DNA from: Candidatus Methylomirabilota bacterium
GTDB lineage: Bacteria > Methylomirabilota > Methylomirabilia > Rokubacteriales > CSP1-6
Length of the DNA stretch: 64,000 bases
Direction of reading: 5' to 3'
Assembly (NCBI GenBank): GCA_036506275.1
Contig: DASXSB010000031.1
Location: 642 to 64,641, forward strand
Position 1 is the first letter of the stretch, and every line of letters starts with the position of its first letter. Under the pieces are notes generated by a model, which ran no database searches, was not told the DNA's origin, and was given only the letters and a program-made list of their open reading frames with translations. Below, piece after piece: positions 19,664 to 29,483 of the stretch. The position numbers and the translations under genes are program-made.

Positions 19664-21070
19664 TCAGTCGATCGGCGGCCGGCGCTGCGCCCACGGCCGC
19701 GCGCGCTCGAAGGCGAACGACGCGCGCAGGACGCCGGCGTCGTCGAAGCGGCGGCCCACGATGTGGAGCCCGATCGGCAGGCCGCTCCGCGTGAACCCGC
19801 ACGGCACCGACGCCGCCGGCTGGCCGGTGACGTTGAACGGGTACGTGTACGGGATCCACCCGTAGCTGTCGACCTTCTTGCCCGCGATCTCCGTCGGGTT
19901 CTCCTGGTTCAGCGGGAAGGCTGGACAGGCAATGGTGGGCGTGAGCAGGAAATCGTACTTCTCGAAGAACGCGCGCGGATGCTGCCACCACGCGAGGCGA
20001 TCGAACCAGGCCTGGACGTACCGCGTGGGCGGATTCTCGAGGGCGTTGTCGATGATGCGCTGGAGGCCGGGCTCGATCTCGCTCCGCCGATCGCGGAAGG
20101 GCGCCATGCGGGTGCCGATGCCGCCGCAGAAGATCTGCTCCCAGCACTCACGGGGCGACGGCCACTGCGGCTTCACGTCCTCCACCTTGGCGCCGAATTC
20201 GCGAAACACCGTCGCCGCCTTCGCGCAGGCGGCGCGCACCTCCGGATCGACGACCTCGGTGAAGCCGAGGTCGTCGGTGTACGCGATGCGCGCGCCCTTC
20301 AAGGAGCCACGACCGGCCTTGGTGTAATCGACGCCGGCGGGCGGCAGCGAGTACTGATCGCGCTCGTCCGGACCGGCGCAGACGGAGAGCATGAGCGCCG
20401 CGTCGGCCACCGTGCGCGTCATCGGTCCCACGTGCGACAGACTCCACGCCGCGCTCACCGGATAGATCGCGATGCGCCCGTACGACGGCTTGATGCCGTA
20501 GATCCCGGCGAAGGAGGCGGGGATCCTGATGGAGCCGCCGCCGTCGGTGCCGACGGCGAGCGGCGCGAGACCGGCCGCCACCGCGGCGGAGGCGCCGCCG
20601 CTCGAACCGCCCGGCGTGCGCTCCACGTCCCACGGATTGCGGGTGGCGCCGAAGATCAGATTGTGGGTGGCGCCGATCCAGCCGAAGGTGGGTGTGTTGG
20701 TCTTGCCGAGCATGATGGCGCCCGCCGCCTCCAGGCGATCCACGATGGGCGCGTTCTCGGTGGGGACGTTGTCGCGGTAGAGCGGCGTGCCGAACGTCGT
20801 GCGTACGCCCGCCGTGATGACGAGATCCTTCACCGAGAACGGCACGCCGTGCAGCGCGCCGAGCTTGGCGCCCTTCTTCATCACCGCGCGCTCGGCGGCC
20901 TTCGCCTGCTTGCGCGCGGCGTCGGCGGTGACGAGGACGTACGCGTTCAGCCGCGGGTTGACCTTGTCGATGCGCGCGAGAATCGCGTCGACGACCTCCA
21001 CCGGCGAGACCTTCTTTCGGCGGATGAGACCGGCGAGCTCGGTGGCGGGCGTCCAGCAGAGGTCAGTCAT
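19664..21070 (-). CDS. amidase (amidase-signature family)
   Basis: 468 aa with the AS signature GGSSGGASAAVAAGLAPLAVGTDGGGSIRIP and Ser-cisSer-Lys triad context. Confidence 0.88.
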   Translation of the reverse strand: MTDLCWTPATELAGLIRRKKVSPVEVVDAILARIDKVNPRLNAYVLVTADAARKQAKAAERAVMKKGAKLGALHGVPFSVKDLVITAGVRTTFGTPLYRDNVPTENAPIVDRLEAAGAIMLGKTNTPTFGWIGATHNLIFGATRNPWDVERTPGGSSGGASAAVAAGLAPLAVGTDGGGSIRIPASFAGIYGIKPSYGRIAIYPVSAAWSLSHVGPMTRTVADAALMLSVCAGPDERDQYSLPPAGVDYTKAGRGSLKGARIAYTDDLGFTEVVDPEVRAACAKAATVFREFGAKVEDVKPQWPSPRECWEQIFCGGIGTRMAPFRDRRSEIEPGLQRIIDNALENPPTRYVQAWFDRLAWWQHPRAFFEKYDFLLTPTIACPAFPLNQENPTEIAGKKVDSYGWIPYTYPFNVTGQPAASVPCGFTRSGLPIGLHIVGRRFDDAGVLRASFAFERARPWAQRRPPID

Positions 21071-21119
21071 GGCAGTCTCCTCGAGATGCGAGCGCGGGCG
21101 ATCGCAAACAGCATGCGGC

Positions 21120-22028
21120 TCACCCGCCGCGCAGGCGCGGGTCGAGCGTGTCGCGGAGGGCGTCGCCGAGCAGATTGGAGCCGAAGACGGCGAGGCTGAT
21201 GGCGATGCCCGGGAACAGCACCAGCCACGGCGCCTTCTGCGCGTACTCCGCCGCCGACACCGAGAGCATCCGGCCCCACGACGGATACGGCTCCGGCACG
21301 CCGAGACCGAGGAACGACAGGGTCGCTTCGACGAGGATGGCGCTGCCGAGCTGCGCGGTCACCAGCACGATGAAGGGACCGATCGTATTGGGGAGGATGT
21401 GACGGAACGCGATGCGCAGGTGCTGGACGCCGAGCGCGCGCGCCGCCTCCACGTACTGCATCTCGCGGATGGACAGCACGCTCGAGCGGATCACCCGCGC
21501 CGCGCGCGGGATGATCGGGATCGAGATGGCGATGATCACGTTCTCGATCGATGGCCCCAGCGAGGCCGACATCACGAGCGCGAGCACGAGAAGCGGCAGC
21601 CCCTGGAGGATGTCGAGCAGGCGCTGGGCGAGGAGGTCGACCTTGCCCCCCACGTAGCCGGAGAGGAGCCCGATGACGCCGCCGAGGACGGAGCCGAGGA
21701 TGGTGGAGCTGATGCCCACGATGAGCGAGACGCGCGCGCCGTGCACGATGCGGGAGTAGATGTCGCGTCCGAGGTGATCGGACCCGAGCCAGTGGTCGGC
21801 GGCCGGGCGCGCCAGCGTGTGCGCGGCGTCGGTGGCGATGGGATCGTGGGTCTGCAGCAGCTCGGCGAACACCGCCGCCACCGCCATCACCACGATCAGG
21901 AAGCCGCCGATCGCGCCCAGCGGCTTCTTGCGGATGAACCGCCAGAGGGTGGCGCCCGCGCCCTCCCGGCGTCGGACGGCAGCGGGGACAGTGAGCTCGA
22001 TCTCGACGCCGAGCGGTCTAACCGCCAT
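21120..22028 (-). CDS. peptide/nickel ABC transporter permease (DppC/OppC-like)
   Basis: 302 aa with 6 TM segments and a BPD_transp_1 core including the EAA-like loop. Confidence 0.88.
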   Translation of the reverse strand: MAVRPLGVEIELTVPAAVRRREGAGATLWRFIRKKPLGAIGGFLIVVMAVAAVFAELLQTHDPIATDAAHTLARPAADHWLGSDHLGRDIYSRIVHGARVSLIVGISSTILGSVLGGVIGLLSGYVGGKVDLLAQRLLDILQGLPLLVLALVMSASLGPSIENVIIAISIPIIPRAARVIRSSVLSIREMQYVEAARALGVQHLRIAFRHILPNTIGPFIVLVTAQLGSAILVEATLSFLGLGVPEPYPSWGRMLSVSAAEYAQKAPWLVLFPGIAISLAVFGSNLLGDALRDTLDPRLRGG

Positions 22029-22971
22029 AGCGCACCCTCGGGTCGAGCACGCTGTAGAGCATGTCCACCAGGAGGTTGGAGAGGATAACGACGATGGCGA
22101 TGAACATGACGAGGTTCTGGACGATCGGATAGTCGCGCCAGAGGATCGCCTGCACGAGGAAGCGGGCCACCCCTGGCAGATTGAAGACGGTCTCCGTCAC
22201 CACCAGGCCCCCGATCAGGAACGCGAACTCGATGCCGATGATGGTGACCACGGGCAGGATCGCGTTCTTGAGCGCGTGCCGCCAGATGACGGCGCCCCCG
22301 CTCTGACCCTTCGCCCACGCCGTCCGGATGTAGTCCTCGCGCATGACCTCCAGCAGCGACGAGCGGGTGATGCGCATGATCAGGGCCGAGGAGCGGTAGC
22401 CGACGGCGAGGGCGGGCAACGCGAACTGGACGGCGTGGAGGCGGAAGTTTTCCGTCGGCTTCACGTAGGTGAGCGAAGGGATCCAGCCGAGGAAGCTGAC
22501 CATCCCGAGAATGATGACCATGCCGAGCCAGAAGGCGGGCATGGAGAGCCCGGCCAGGCTGAACACGCGCAGCACGTAGTCGAGGGTCGTGTCCTGGCGG
22601 ACGGCGCTGATCACACCGGTGGGGACGCCGAGGCTGACCGCCACCACCATCGAAAGCGCCGCCAGCTCCAGCGTCACCGGCAGCAGCGGCTTGATGATCT
22701 GCCAGGCGGGGAGATCGTAGCGATACGACTTACCGAGATCGCCCGTGACGATCTGCCGAAGCCACTCGAGGTACTGCACCCAGTACGGACGGTCCATCCC
22801 GAGCTCTTTCAGGAGCGCCTGCTTGTCGCTCGGATTCACGTAGCCGGCGGCGGCGAAGAGGATGTCCACGATGTCGCCGGGCGCGAGCCGCAGCAGGAAG
22901 AAGATGACGAGCGACATGCCGAAGAGAGTGAGGATCGCGATGGTGAGGCGCTGGAGGATGTAGGTTTTCAC
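22018..22971 (-). CDS. peptide/nickel ABC transporter permease (DppB/OppB-like)
   Basis: 317 aa with the typical N-terminal MKTYILQRLTIAILTLFGMSLVIFFLLRL segment and a BPD_transp_1 core. Confidence 0.9.
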   Translation of the reverse strand: MKTYILQRLTIAILTLFGMSLVIFFLLRLAPGDIVDILFAAAGYVNPSDKQALLKELGMDRPYWVQYLEWLRQIVTGDLGKSYRYDLPAWQIIKPLLPVTLELAALSMVVAVSLGVPTGVISAVRQDTTLDYVLRVFSLAGLSMPAFWLGMVIILGMVSFLGWIPSLTYVKPTENFRLHAVQFALPALAVGYRSSALIMRITRSSLLEVMREDYIRTAWAKGQSGGAVIWRHALKNAILPVVTIIGIEFAFLIGGLVVTETVFNLPGVARFLVQAILWRDYPIVQNLVMFIAIVVILSNLLVDMLYSVLDPRVRYGG

Positions 22972-23029
22972 TCGGGCATCCCGCGGCGCGGCGCGGAGCA
23001 GCCGGCTCCGCGCCGCCGCCGTTCACACG

Positions 23030-24658
23030 TCACTTGTCGCGCCACACGTCCTGCATCCGGCCGTAGTTGTACACGTTGTTGTGGGGGACGAGACCTTTCA
23101 CGTGCGGCCACTGCGTGAAGTAATCGAGCCGCCAGGACAGGATGGGACGGGCGGCTTCGTCCTCCAGCTTCTTCTGGATGCCGGCCACCATCACCAACCG
23201 CTTCTTGGCGTCGATCTCCTGCGACTGCTGATCGATCATCTTCATGACCTGCTCGCTGCAGTAGTGCGTGTAGTTTCGCGGCGACCCACACGCGTAGTTC
23301 TCGTAGAAGTTGCCGTCGGGATCGTCGGCGCCGAGGCCGGTGAGGTTGGCGCCGATCTGATATTCGCCCCGCGTCGCCATGGGGTGCCACTGCGCGGTCT
23401 CGACCTGCTTCAGCGAGGCCTCGATGCCGACCTGTTTCAGCTCGTTGATGATGAACGACGCCATGTCGACGTAGATCGCGATGGCGCGCGTCACCATCTC
23501 CACCCGCAGCGGCTTTTCCGGCGAGTAGCCGGCTTCCGCCATCAGCTTCTTCGCGGCCGCCTTCTCATCGGCCGCCTTGCCGTAGCCCGGCAGCGTCAGA
23601 AGATCCTTATCGCCGAGGCCCCACGTCGCGTACGGCTTGGGCGCCATTCCCGCTCCCACCACGCCCGCGCCCTGGTACACGGCCTGGATGAGCGCGCGCC
23701 GGTCGATGGCGTGGCTGACGGCGAGCCGCACCTTGACGTTGTCGAAGGGCGGCTTCTTCGTGTTCATGATGACGTTGTTGTTGACGTTCTCGCTCACGGG
23801 CGTCACCACGAGCTGAGGCACCGCCTTCTTGAGCTGCTCCGCCGTCGTCTTCGACGTCTCGCCCGGGTAGGAAACGTCGACGGCGCCCGACTGGAGGGCG
23901 GCCGAGCGCGTGCCGCGCTCGGCGATCACGATGTATTTGAGGCCGTCGAGGTAGGGACGGCCCTTCACGAAATAGTCCGGGTTCTTCACGTACTCGACGA
24001 ATTCGCCCTTCCGCCACTCCTTCAGCTTGAACGGTCCCGTTCCGACGCAGGTGGTGCGGTAGGTGGCGGCCGGGATGTGGGCGGCGTAGACGGGCGAGTA
24101 GCCGGAGGCGAGCATCATGAGGACCGACGGCTGCGGCCGCTTCAGCCGGAAGACGACCGTGTACGGATCCGGCGTCTCCACCGCTTCGACATTGGAGTAC
24201 CAGTCCTTGCGCGGATTGAGACGGAGCTTGGCGGGCGCGTCGGCGGCTTCCCGGACCATGTCGAACGTGTACTTCACGTCCTTCGAGGTGAACGGCTGCC
24301 CGTCGTGCCACTTCACGTTCCGGTGGAGCAGGAAGACGAGATTTCGGTAGTTGTCCTGCCACGACCACTTCTCGGCGAGCTCGCCGATGATGGTGTCCAT
24401 GCTCTCGGTCTTCTTCGCGGGATCGTAGATCACGAGGTTGTTGAAGCACGGCATCGAGGGCCAGACGGTGGAGCTCGTTCCCGTCTCGTGAATGGCGAAG
24501 CCTTGGGGAAGATCTTCGCGCTGCGTGATGTTCAACGTCCCACCCGTGTGGGGCGCCTGTCCGATGGCGGGCGTGCCGAGCAGGGCCAGCGCGAGCACGA
24601 GCAGGAGCGCGGGGGTGACGACGAAGGCGAGCCGCGAACGCGTCATGGGGTCCTCCAA
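23030..24658 (-). CDS. ABC transporter substrate-binding protein, family 5 (peptide/oligopeptide)
   Basis: 542 aa with a signal peptide and an SBP_bac_5 fold. It is the first gene of the permease operon. No ATPase gene follows. Confidence 0.88.
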   Translation of the reverse strand: MEDPMTRSRLAFVVTPALLLVLALALLGTPAIGQAPHTGGTLNITQREDLPQGFAIHETGTSSTVWPSMPCFNNLVIYDPAKKTESMDTIIGELAEKWSWQDNYRNLVFLLHRNVKWHDGQPFTSKDVKYTFDMVREAADAPAKLRLNPRKDWYSNVEAVETPDPYTVVFRLKRPQPSVLMMLASGYSPVYAAHIPAATYRTTCVGTGPFKLKEWRKGEFVEYVKNPDYFVKGRPYLDGLKYIVIAERGTRSAALQSGAVDVSYPGETSKTTAEQLKKAVPQLVVTPVSENVNNNVIMNTKKPPFDNVKVRLAVSHAIDRRALIQAVYQGAGVVGAGMAPKPYATWGLGDKDLLTLPGYGKAADEKAAAKKLMAEAGYSPEKPLRVEMVTRAIAIYVDMASFIINELKQVGIEASLKQVETAQWHPMATRGEYQIGANLTGLGADDPDGNFYENYACGSPRNYTHYCSEQVMKMIDQQSQEIDAKKRLVMVAGIQKKLEDEAARPILSWRLDYFTQWPHVKGLVPHNNVYNYGRMQDVWRDK

Positions 24659-24750
24659 GGATGCACGGGGCGAATGGGCGCGAGTTTACGTGAAAAACGG
24701 AGGGCTCTCAACACGACGTCGAGCAGCCTCGCGGGAGGTCGCCCACGATG

Positions 24751-26016
24751 CTAGAGCAGCCGGAACAGGAGGTGAACTCCGTAGATGGCGCCGCCGGCGA
24801 GGCCGCCCACCACGGTGCCGTTGACCCGGATGTACTGGAGATCGTCGCCGGCGTGCTCCTCGATGAGCCGCACCGCGCCCTCGGGGCCGAGCGCGCGCAC
24901 GCCGTTCTCGATGAAGCGCGCGATCTGCGGGTGATACCGATCGATCACGTCCGCCGCCCGCGTCTTGATCCAGCGGTCAATCTCCTTGCGGAGGTCGGGA
25001 TCGGCGACGACCGCCCGCCGCCCGCGCTCGAGACGCTCGGCCAGCCATACCGCCAGCTCCGGCCGCGGCCGCGCGAGGTCGTCCCCGATCCCGCGGCGGA
25101 GCGCCGCCACCGCATCCTCGACGATGCCGACCGCGATGTCGCTCGCGAGCAGCTCCTCCTTCACCGCCTCCACCCGCGCCGCGAGCGGGCTCCCCGCCTC
25201 GCGCAAGCGCGCGGGCAATGACGCGAGCGCCTCCGTCACCTCGCGGCGGAGGGGATGATCGGGATCGGCCTCCAGATCTTTCAGTCCCGCGTGGAGAGCG
25301 CTCACGAGGCGGTCGCGGTCGATGAGGCCGAAGGCGTCGGCGAGGCCGAGCAGCATCCGTGGATAGAGCTTCATGCGCTCGCGATAGCGAGCGATGAGAT
25401 CGTCCACGACCGCGCTCACGGCCTCGCGTACGGGCGGGCGATCGAGCGCCTGCGCCAGCCCTTGCGCGAGCGCGTTCATCACGCGCTGGTCCCATCCCTG
25501 CTCGCGCGCGAGCTCGAGCGCGCTTGCCAGCGCCGGCGCGAGCTGCCATGTGGCCAGCCACGGGCGGACGCGCGCGAGCACGTCCCGCGGTCGGAGCGAC
25601 GGCACCTGCTCCGCGAGCCAGCGCAGCACGCGGGCGGCGGCGCGCTCGATGTCGGTGCGCGTGATGCGCTCGGCGCCGCGCGCCATCACCTCCGCGATGT
25701 CGAGGCGTCCCAGCTCCTCCATCACGTACTCCTTCGTGAGCACGCGGCCGCCCACCATCGTCCCCACCCGCGCCGCCAGCAGCTCCCAGTTGGCGGGGAT
25801 GAGCGCGGTGTGCGGAATGGGAAGGCGGAGGGGGCGGCGGAAGATCGCGGTGACCGCGAACCAGTCGGCGAGACCGCCGACGATCCCCGCCTCCGCCACG
25901 GCGAGGATCCACCCGCCCCACCACGTATCGCGGACGGGGAACGTGGCCACGGCGAGGACCACCGCGGCGAGGAGGACACCGAGAGCCAGCCGACGCTGTC
26001 GCGGCCGTCGCATCAT
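24751..26016 (-). CDS. DUF445-family membrane protein
   Basis: 421 aa with N-terminal TM helices and the characteristic GGLADWFAVTAIFRRP motif. Confidence 0.7.
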   Translation of the reverse strand: MMRRPRQRRLALGVLLAAVVLAVATFPVRDTWWGGWILAVAEAGIVGGLADWFAVTAIFRRPLRLPIPHTALIPANWELLAARVGTMVGGRVLTKEYVMEELGRLDIAEVMARGAERITRTDIERAAARVLRWLAEQVPSLRPRDVLARVRPWLATWQLAPALASALELAREQGWDQRVMNALAQGLAQALDRPPVREAVSAVVDDLIARYRERMKLYPRMLLGLADAFGLIDRDRLVSALHAGLKDLEADPDHPLRREVTEALASLPARLREAGSPLAARVEAVKEELLASDIAVGIVEDAVAALRRGIGDDLARPRPELAVWLAERLERGRRAVVADPDLRKEIDRWIKTRAADVIDRYHPQIARFIENGVRALGPEGAVRLIEEHAGDDLQYIRVNGTVVGGLAGGAIYGVHLLFRLL

Positions 26017-26387
26017 CTGGGATCGACGCCAGCGCTCGCCCCTGACGGCGGACGCGGCTCGCGCTCGAGCACGGGCTTCCTCCCTGTTCGCCGCAAGGCG
26101 CCCGCGGCGTTAGCGGCATTGTGACCGCCCGTCACCCGATGTCAACGGCGGCCGTGTGGCCACCACACGGCCGCCGACACATGACGTCTTTCGTCGACAC
26201 CGCCGTCTTCGCGAGCAGACACCTCGCGCACCTGGCTTTGCCGTGAATGGGTTCGCCGCGGCCGCCGTTCTCTGGTGTTCCAGCAGGTTGCGTGGCACGC
26301 GACGCGCGTCAACGGTTTGGCAGGGCGCTTGCGCTAGCGGGAGGCGAAAGCTCGGCGGAACGGCCGCGACGCTGAAGGAGAACGACG

Positions 26388-28451
26388 ATGATGAAGGCGC
26401 TACTGTTCCTGGCCAGCCTCCTGTTCTTCCTGGTGCCGTCCACCAACGCGTGGGCGCAGGACCCCTGTCAGATGCCACCGGGCGGGCGTCGTCCCGCGCA
26501 CAACTGGCGGCTGATGACCCTGGTCGGCTCGCCGCCTCAGTACGCCTACTGGGATCAAGATCGCGACGAGATGGGCGATCGCATTTACGTGAGGATCGCG
26601 GATGGCGCCGCTGCTGGCCTTCGAAATGACCAGATGAAGATCGTCCTCATCGCCGTCCCCTGGGTGACGTGGAAGAAGGAAGTCTCGGCCTGGGGTTGCA
26701 GCGGCAAGATCCAGACGATCTCCACCAGTGGATACGATCACGGTCCGCACGAGATGACGATCGCCCGAGGCGCTGGCTCGAGTCGCATCGACACCATCGT
26801 CCTCAGCAAGGCCACATTCGTTTTCGATTGGATGACGGATATGTATCACTTCGACCCCGCGTACTTCTGGCGTATCTACGGTGGCAAGATCGTGACGGTA
26901 GAGTGGTACGGGGACATTGGAGGAATACCGGAGGACTGCTCGTACGACTACCCGTCGTGGTGCATTCCCGTCGGCTCCGACCCCGACGCCGGGGTCTTCT
27001 TCGACACCGATCGGAAGGCGGAGCCCGCGATCTGGCACCCGGCGACCGGCGAGTGGCTCGTCGACCCTCCTTCACCGCCTCCCGCCCATCAGTGGGGCGC
27101 GGCCGATGACGTGCCCGTGCCCGGCGACTACGACGGTGATGGGCGCCCGGACATCACGGTGTGGCGGCGATCGACGCGCGAGTGGTTCATCATCGATAGC
27201 GCCGCCGGGCTCGCGCGTCCGGCAATCCAGTGGGGCGGCGGTGCCGACGCCGCGGATGTCGCGGTGCCGGCCGACTACAACCGCGACGGGAAGACCGACA
27301 TCGCCATCTGGCGGCCGTCCACCGGCGAATGGTGGATCCGTGACTTTGCGCCGGTGGTCTGGGGCGGCGGCGCCGACATCGGCGACATTCCAGTGCCGGC
27401 CGACTACGACGGCGACGGGATCACTGACATCGCGATCTGGCGTCCATCCACGGGCCAGTGGTGGATCCGCTACACCGCCGGTCTTCCGCCCATGGCGGGC
27501 ACGCTCGGCAGTGACATCGACGTGCCCGTGCCCGGCGAGTACAGCGGCCTCGGCAAGACGGAGATCGCGGTCTGGCGGCCCTCGACTGGAGAATGGTTCA
27601 TTCCGGGGCGCCCCACCGTGGTCTGGGGTGGCAGCGGTGACGTGCCCGTGCCTGGAGACTACGACGGAGACGGTCGCACGGACCTCGCGTACTGGAGGCC
27701 CTGGACCGGAGAATGGCACATCCTGAACAGCAGCAGCGGCACCGAGCAAGTGAGGGTCCTCGGCACCAAAGGCGATCTTCCCGTGCGGTCTGGGCTGGGC
27801 AGCAAGATCCTACTGCCGCCTCAAGCGCTCCTGCGTGTCACGCGAAACGGCAGCGGGACCGTGAGCACGGCCGACGGAATGAACTGCGGGACGCAGTGCT
27901 CGAAGCCGTACGCTCCCGGCACTCGCGTCACGCTGACGGCGACGCCGGCGGCCGGGTCGCAGTTCTCGGGCTGGACCGGCGGCGGGTGCACCGGCACCGG
28001 ACCGTGTGAGGTGGCGGTCACGGTGAACACGCCGATCACCGCCAGCTTCTGCGTAGCCCCGTGTCTGACGTTGAGCTACAACGGCAAGATCAAGGATCGC
28101 GTGGGTCAGGGCAATAAGGCTCTCGCTCCCGACTCCCAGCTCGACGGCGTGTTCACCCTCCGCTCGACGGCCGTTGGCGGCGTTCGGACCGTCACGAGTC
28201 TCGAGCTCCGCGCCCCCAACTACGTCTGGGACACCGTCGGTTCTACAGCCTCCTGGGCCATCGGCGTCGCGAACACCCTCGACGGGGGGTTGCTGAACAA
28301 CGCCGACGCCAGCGTCAATTTCACGCTCGCCGCCGGCGCCGCGGTCACCCTCTTCGTCGCGGACCCGGGCGTCGTCATCCCTCCCGTGACCTTGATCCTG
28401 ACCGTCCGCTTCTCGGATGGCTCCACGGCCACCGTCAGCGTGCCGATCTAG
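26388..28451 (+). CDS. secreted FG-GAP/VCBS-repeat protein with a C-terminal InlB B-repeat-like domain
   Basis: 687 aa with a signal peptide MMKALLFLASLLFFLVPSTNAWA. At least six tandem repeats fit the pattern VP(A/G)DYDGDG(R/K)TD(I/L)A(I/V)WRPSTGEW. A later segment GSGTVSTADGMNCGTQCSKPYAPGTRVTLTATPAAGSQFSGWTGGGCTGTGPCEV is typical of divergent InlB B-repeats. Confidence 0.75.
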   Translation: MMKALLFLASLLFFLVPSTNAWAQDPCQMPPGGRRPAHNWRLMTLVGSPPQYAYWDQDRDEMGDRIYVRIADGAAAGLRNDQMKIVLIAVPWVTWKKEVSAWGCSGKIQTISTSGYDHGPHEMTIARGAGSSRIDTIVLSKATFVFDWMTDMYHFDPAYFWRIYGGKIVTVEWYGDIGGIPEDCSYDYPSWCIPVGSDPDAGVFFDTDRKAEPAIWHPATGEWLVDPPSPPPAHQWGAADDVPVPGDYDGDGRPDITVWRRSTREWFIIDSAAGLARPAIQWGGGADAADVAVPADYNRDGKTDIAIWRPSTGEWWIRDFAPVVWGGGADIGDIPVPADYDGDGITDIAIWRPSTGQWWIRYTAGLPPMAGTLGSDIDVPVPGEYSGLGKTEIAVWRPSTGEWFIPGRPTVVWGGSGDVPVPGDYDGDGRTDLAYWRPWTGEWHILNSSSGTEQVRVLGTKGDLPVRSGLGSKILLPPQALLRVTRNGSGTVSTADGMNCGTQCSKPYAPGTRVTLTATPAAGSQFSGWTGGGCTGTGPCEVAVTVNTPITASFCVAPCLTLSYNGKIKDRVGQGNKALAPDSQLDGVFTLRSTAVGGVRTVTSLELRAPNYVWDTVGSTASWAIGVANTLDGGLLNNADASVNFTLAAGAAVTLFVADPGVVIPPVTLILTVRFSDGSTATVSVPI

Positions 28452-28458
28452 CGTAGCG

Positions 28459-28493
28459 TCGAGGCGGGGGAGCCCGCTTGGCCCCCGCCTCGA
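28459..28493. terminator. bidirectional GC-rich hairpin between convergent genes (12-bp perfect stem, 11-nt loop)
   Basis: tcgaggcggggg agcccgcttgg cccccgcctcga, located between the FG-GAP gene stop (28451) and the esterase stop (28521). Confidence 0.5.
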
Positions 28494-28520
28494 TGCTCCG
28501 TGCGGCGAGAGCGTGCTTCT

Positions 28521-29483
28521 CTACCGCCCGGCACCGTCCTCGAGCAGGAAGCGCAGCATGTGCGCGGTGGCGTCGGGCCCCGACGGAAACGTGTGCGTGC
28601 CGCGCGGGTCGCCCCCGCTCCACGCGTGCCCCATCCCGGATACGAGCCACGTCTCGTGGACGGCGTGGCCAAGCCGGTCGCGGTACACGACGTGCGGGCT
28701 GCCGTCGGCGGTGGCCGCCGACGACGTGGCGCCGTTCATCGAGCGGAACATCTGCGCGAGCGATTCGAGGTTGATCGGGCTGACGACGCTGTCACGCTCG
28801 CCGTGCCAGAGGGAGGCGCGCACGGGTTGCCGTCGCGCGCCCATCGCCGTCAGGCAACGCTGAGCAGCGTCCTTACCGTCCGGTTGACGACCGAGCATGC
28901 AGCGTAAGGCGCCGTCGGGCCCGGGCCCGCATCCATAGGGTCCGCCCGCGGAGGTCCCCACCCCGCCCACCACGTCGGGCGCCGCGCACGCGAGGTTCAC
29001 CGCCATGAACGCGCCGGCGGAGAGGCCGAGGACGATGACGCGCCCGCGGGCGACGTTCGGCTCTTGTCGGACGCGGGCGATGAGCGACAGGAGCTCCGTC
29101 ACCTCGCCACCGCCGTCACGCTGCTGGTGGGCCGGCTCGAACCAGTTCCAGCAGCGCTCGATGTTGTTCCGGCGTTCCTGCATCGGGTAGAGCACGATGA
29201 GGCCGCGGCGCGCGGCCGCCTCGTTCAGGCGCGTTCCGCGCGCGAAGTCTTCGGCGGTCTGCTGGCACCCGTGGAGCGCCACCACCAGCGGCATCGGCGC
29301 CGACACGTCGGGAACGTAGAGGCGATACGCACGCCCCTCGTGAACACCGCGCCGGAAGACGAGGTCCTCGCGCTGGGCGGCCACGGGCGGCGTCAGCGCG
29401 AGCACGATCAGGATCAGCGCGGTGAGGCGGAGGGAGATGCGCGCGGACATCGCCGTCAGCGCGAGCGCCGGCGCGCCGGCCAC
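28521..29483 (-). CDS. PHB-depolymerase-family esterase (alpha/beta hydrolase), secreted
   Basis: 320 aa with a signal peptide MSARISLRLTALILIVLALTPPVAAQ (internal ATG near 29450), a nucleophile elbow GLSAG, and the family motif YRLYVP...LVVALHG. Confidence 0.8.
   Translation of the reverse strand: MAGAPALALTAMSARISLRLTALILIVLALTPPVAAQREDLVFRRGVHEGRAYRLYVPDVSAPMPLVVALHGCQQTAEDFARGTRLNEAAARRGLIVLYPMQERRNNIERCWNWFEPAHQQRDGGGEVTELLSLIARVRQEPNVARGRVIVLGLSAGAFMAVNLACAAPDVVGGVGTSAGGPYGCGPGPDGALRCMLGRQPDGKDAAQRCLTAMGARRQPVRASLWHGERDSVVSPINLESLAQMFRSMNGATSSAATADGSPHVVYRDRLGHAVHETWLVSGMGHAWSGGDPRGTHTFPSGPDATAHMLRFLLEDGAGR

Noticed and set aside
18141-20147. 668-aa minus-strand ORF.
   Set aside because: It is antisense to alanine dehydrogenase and the amidase region, with no motifs.
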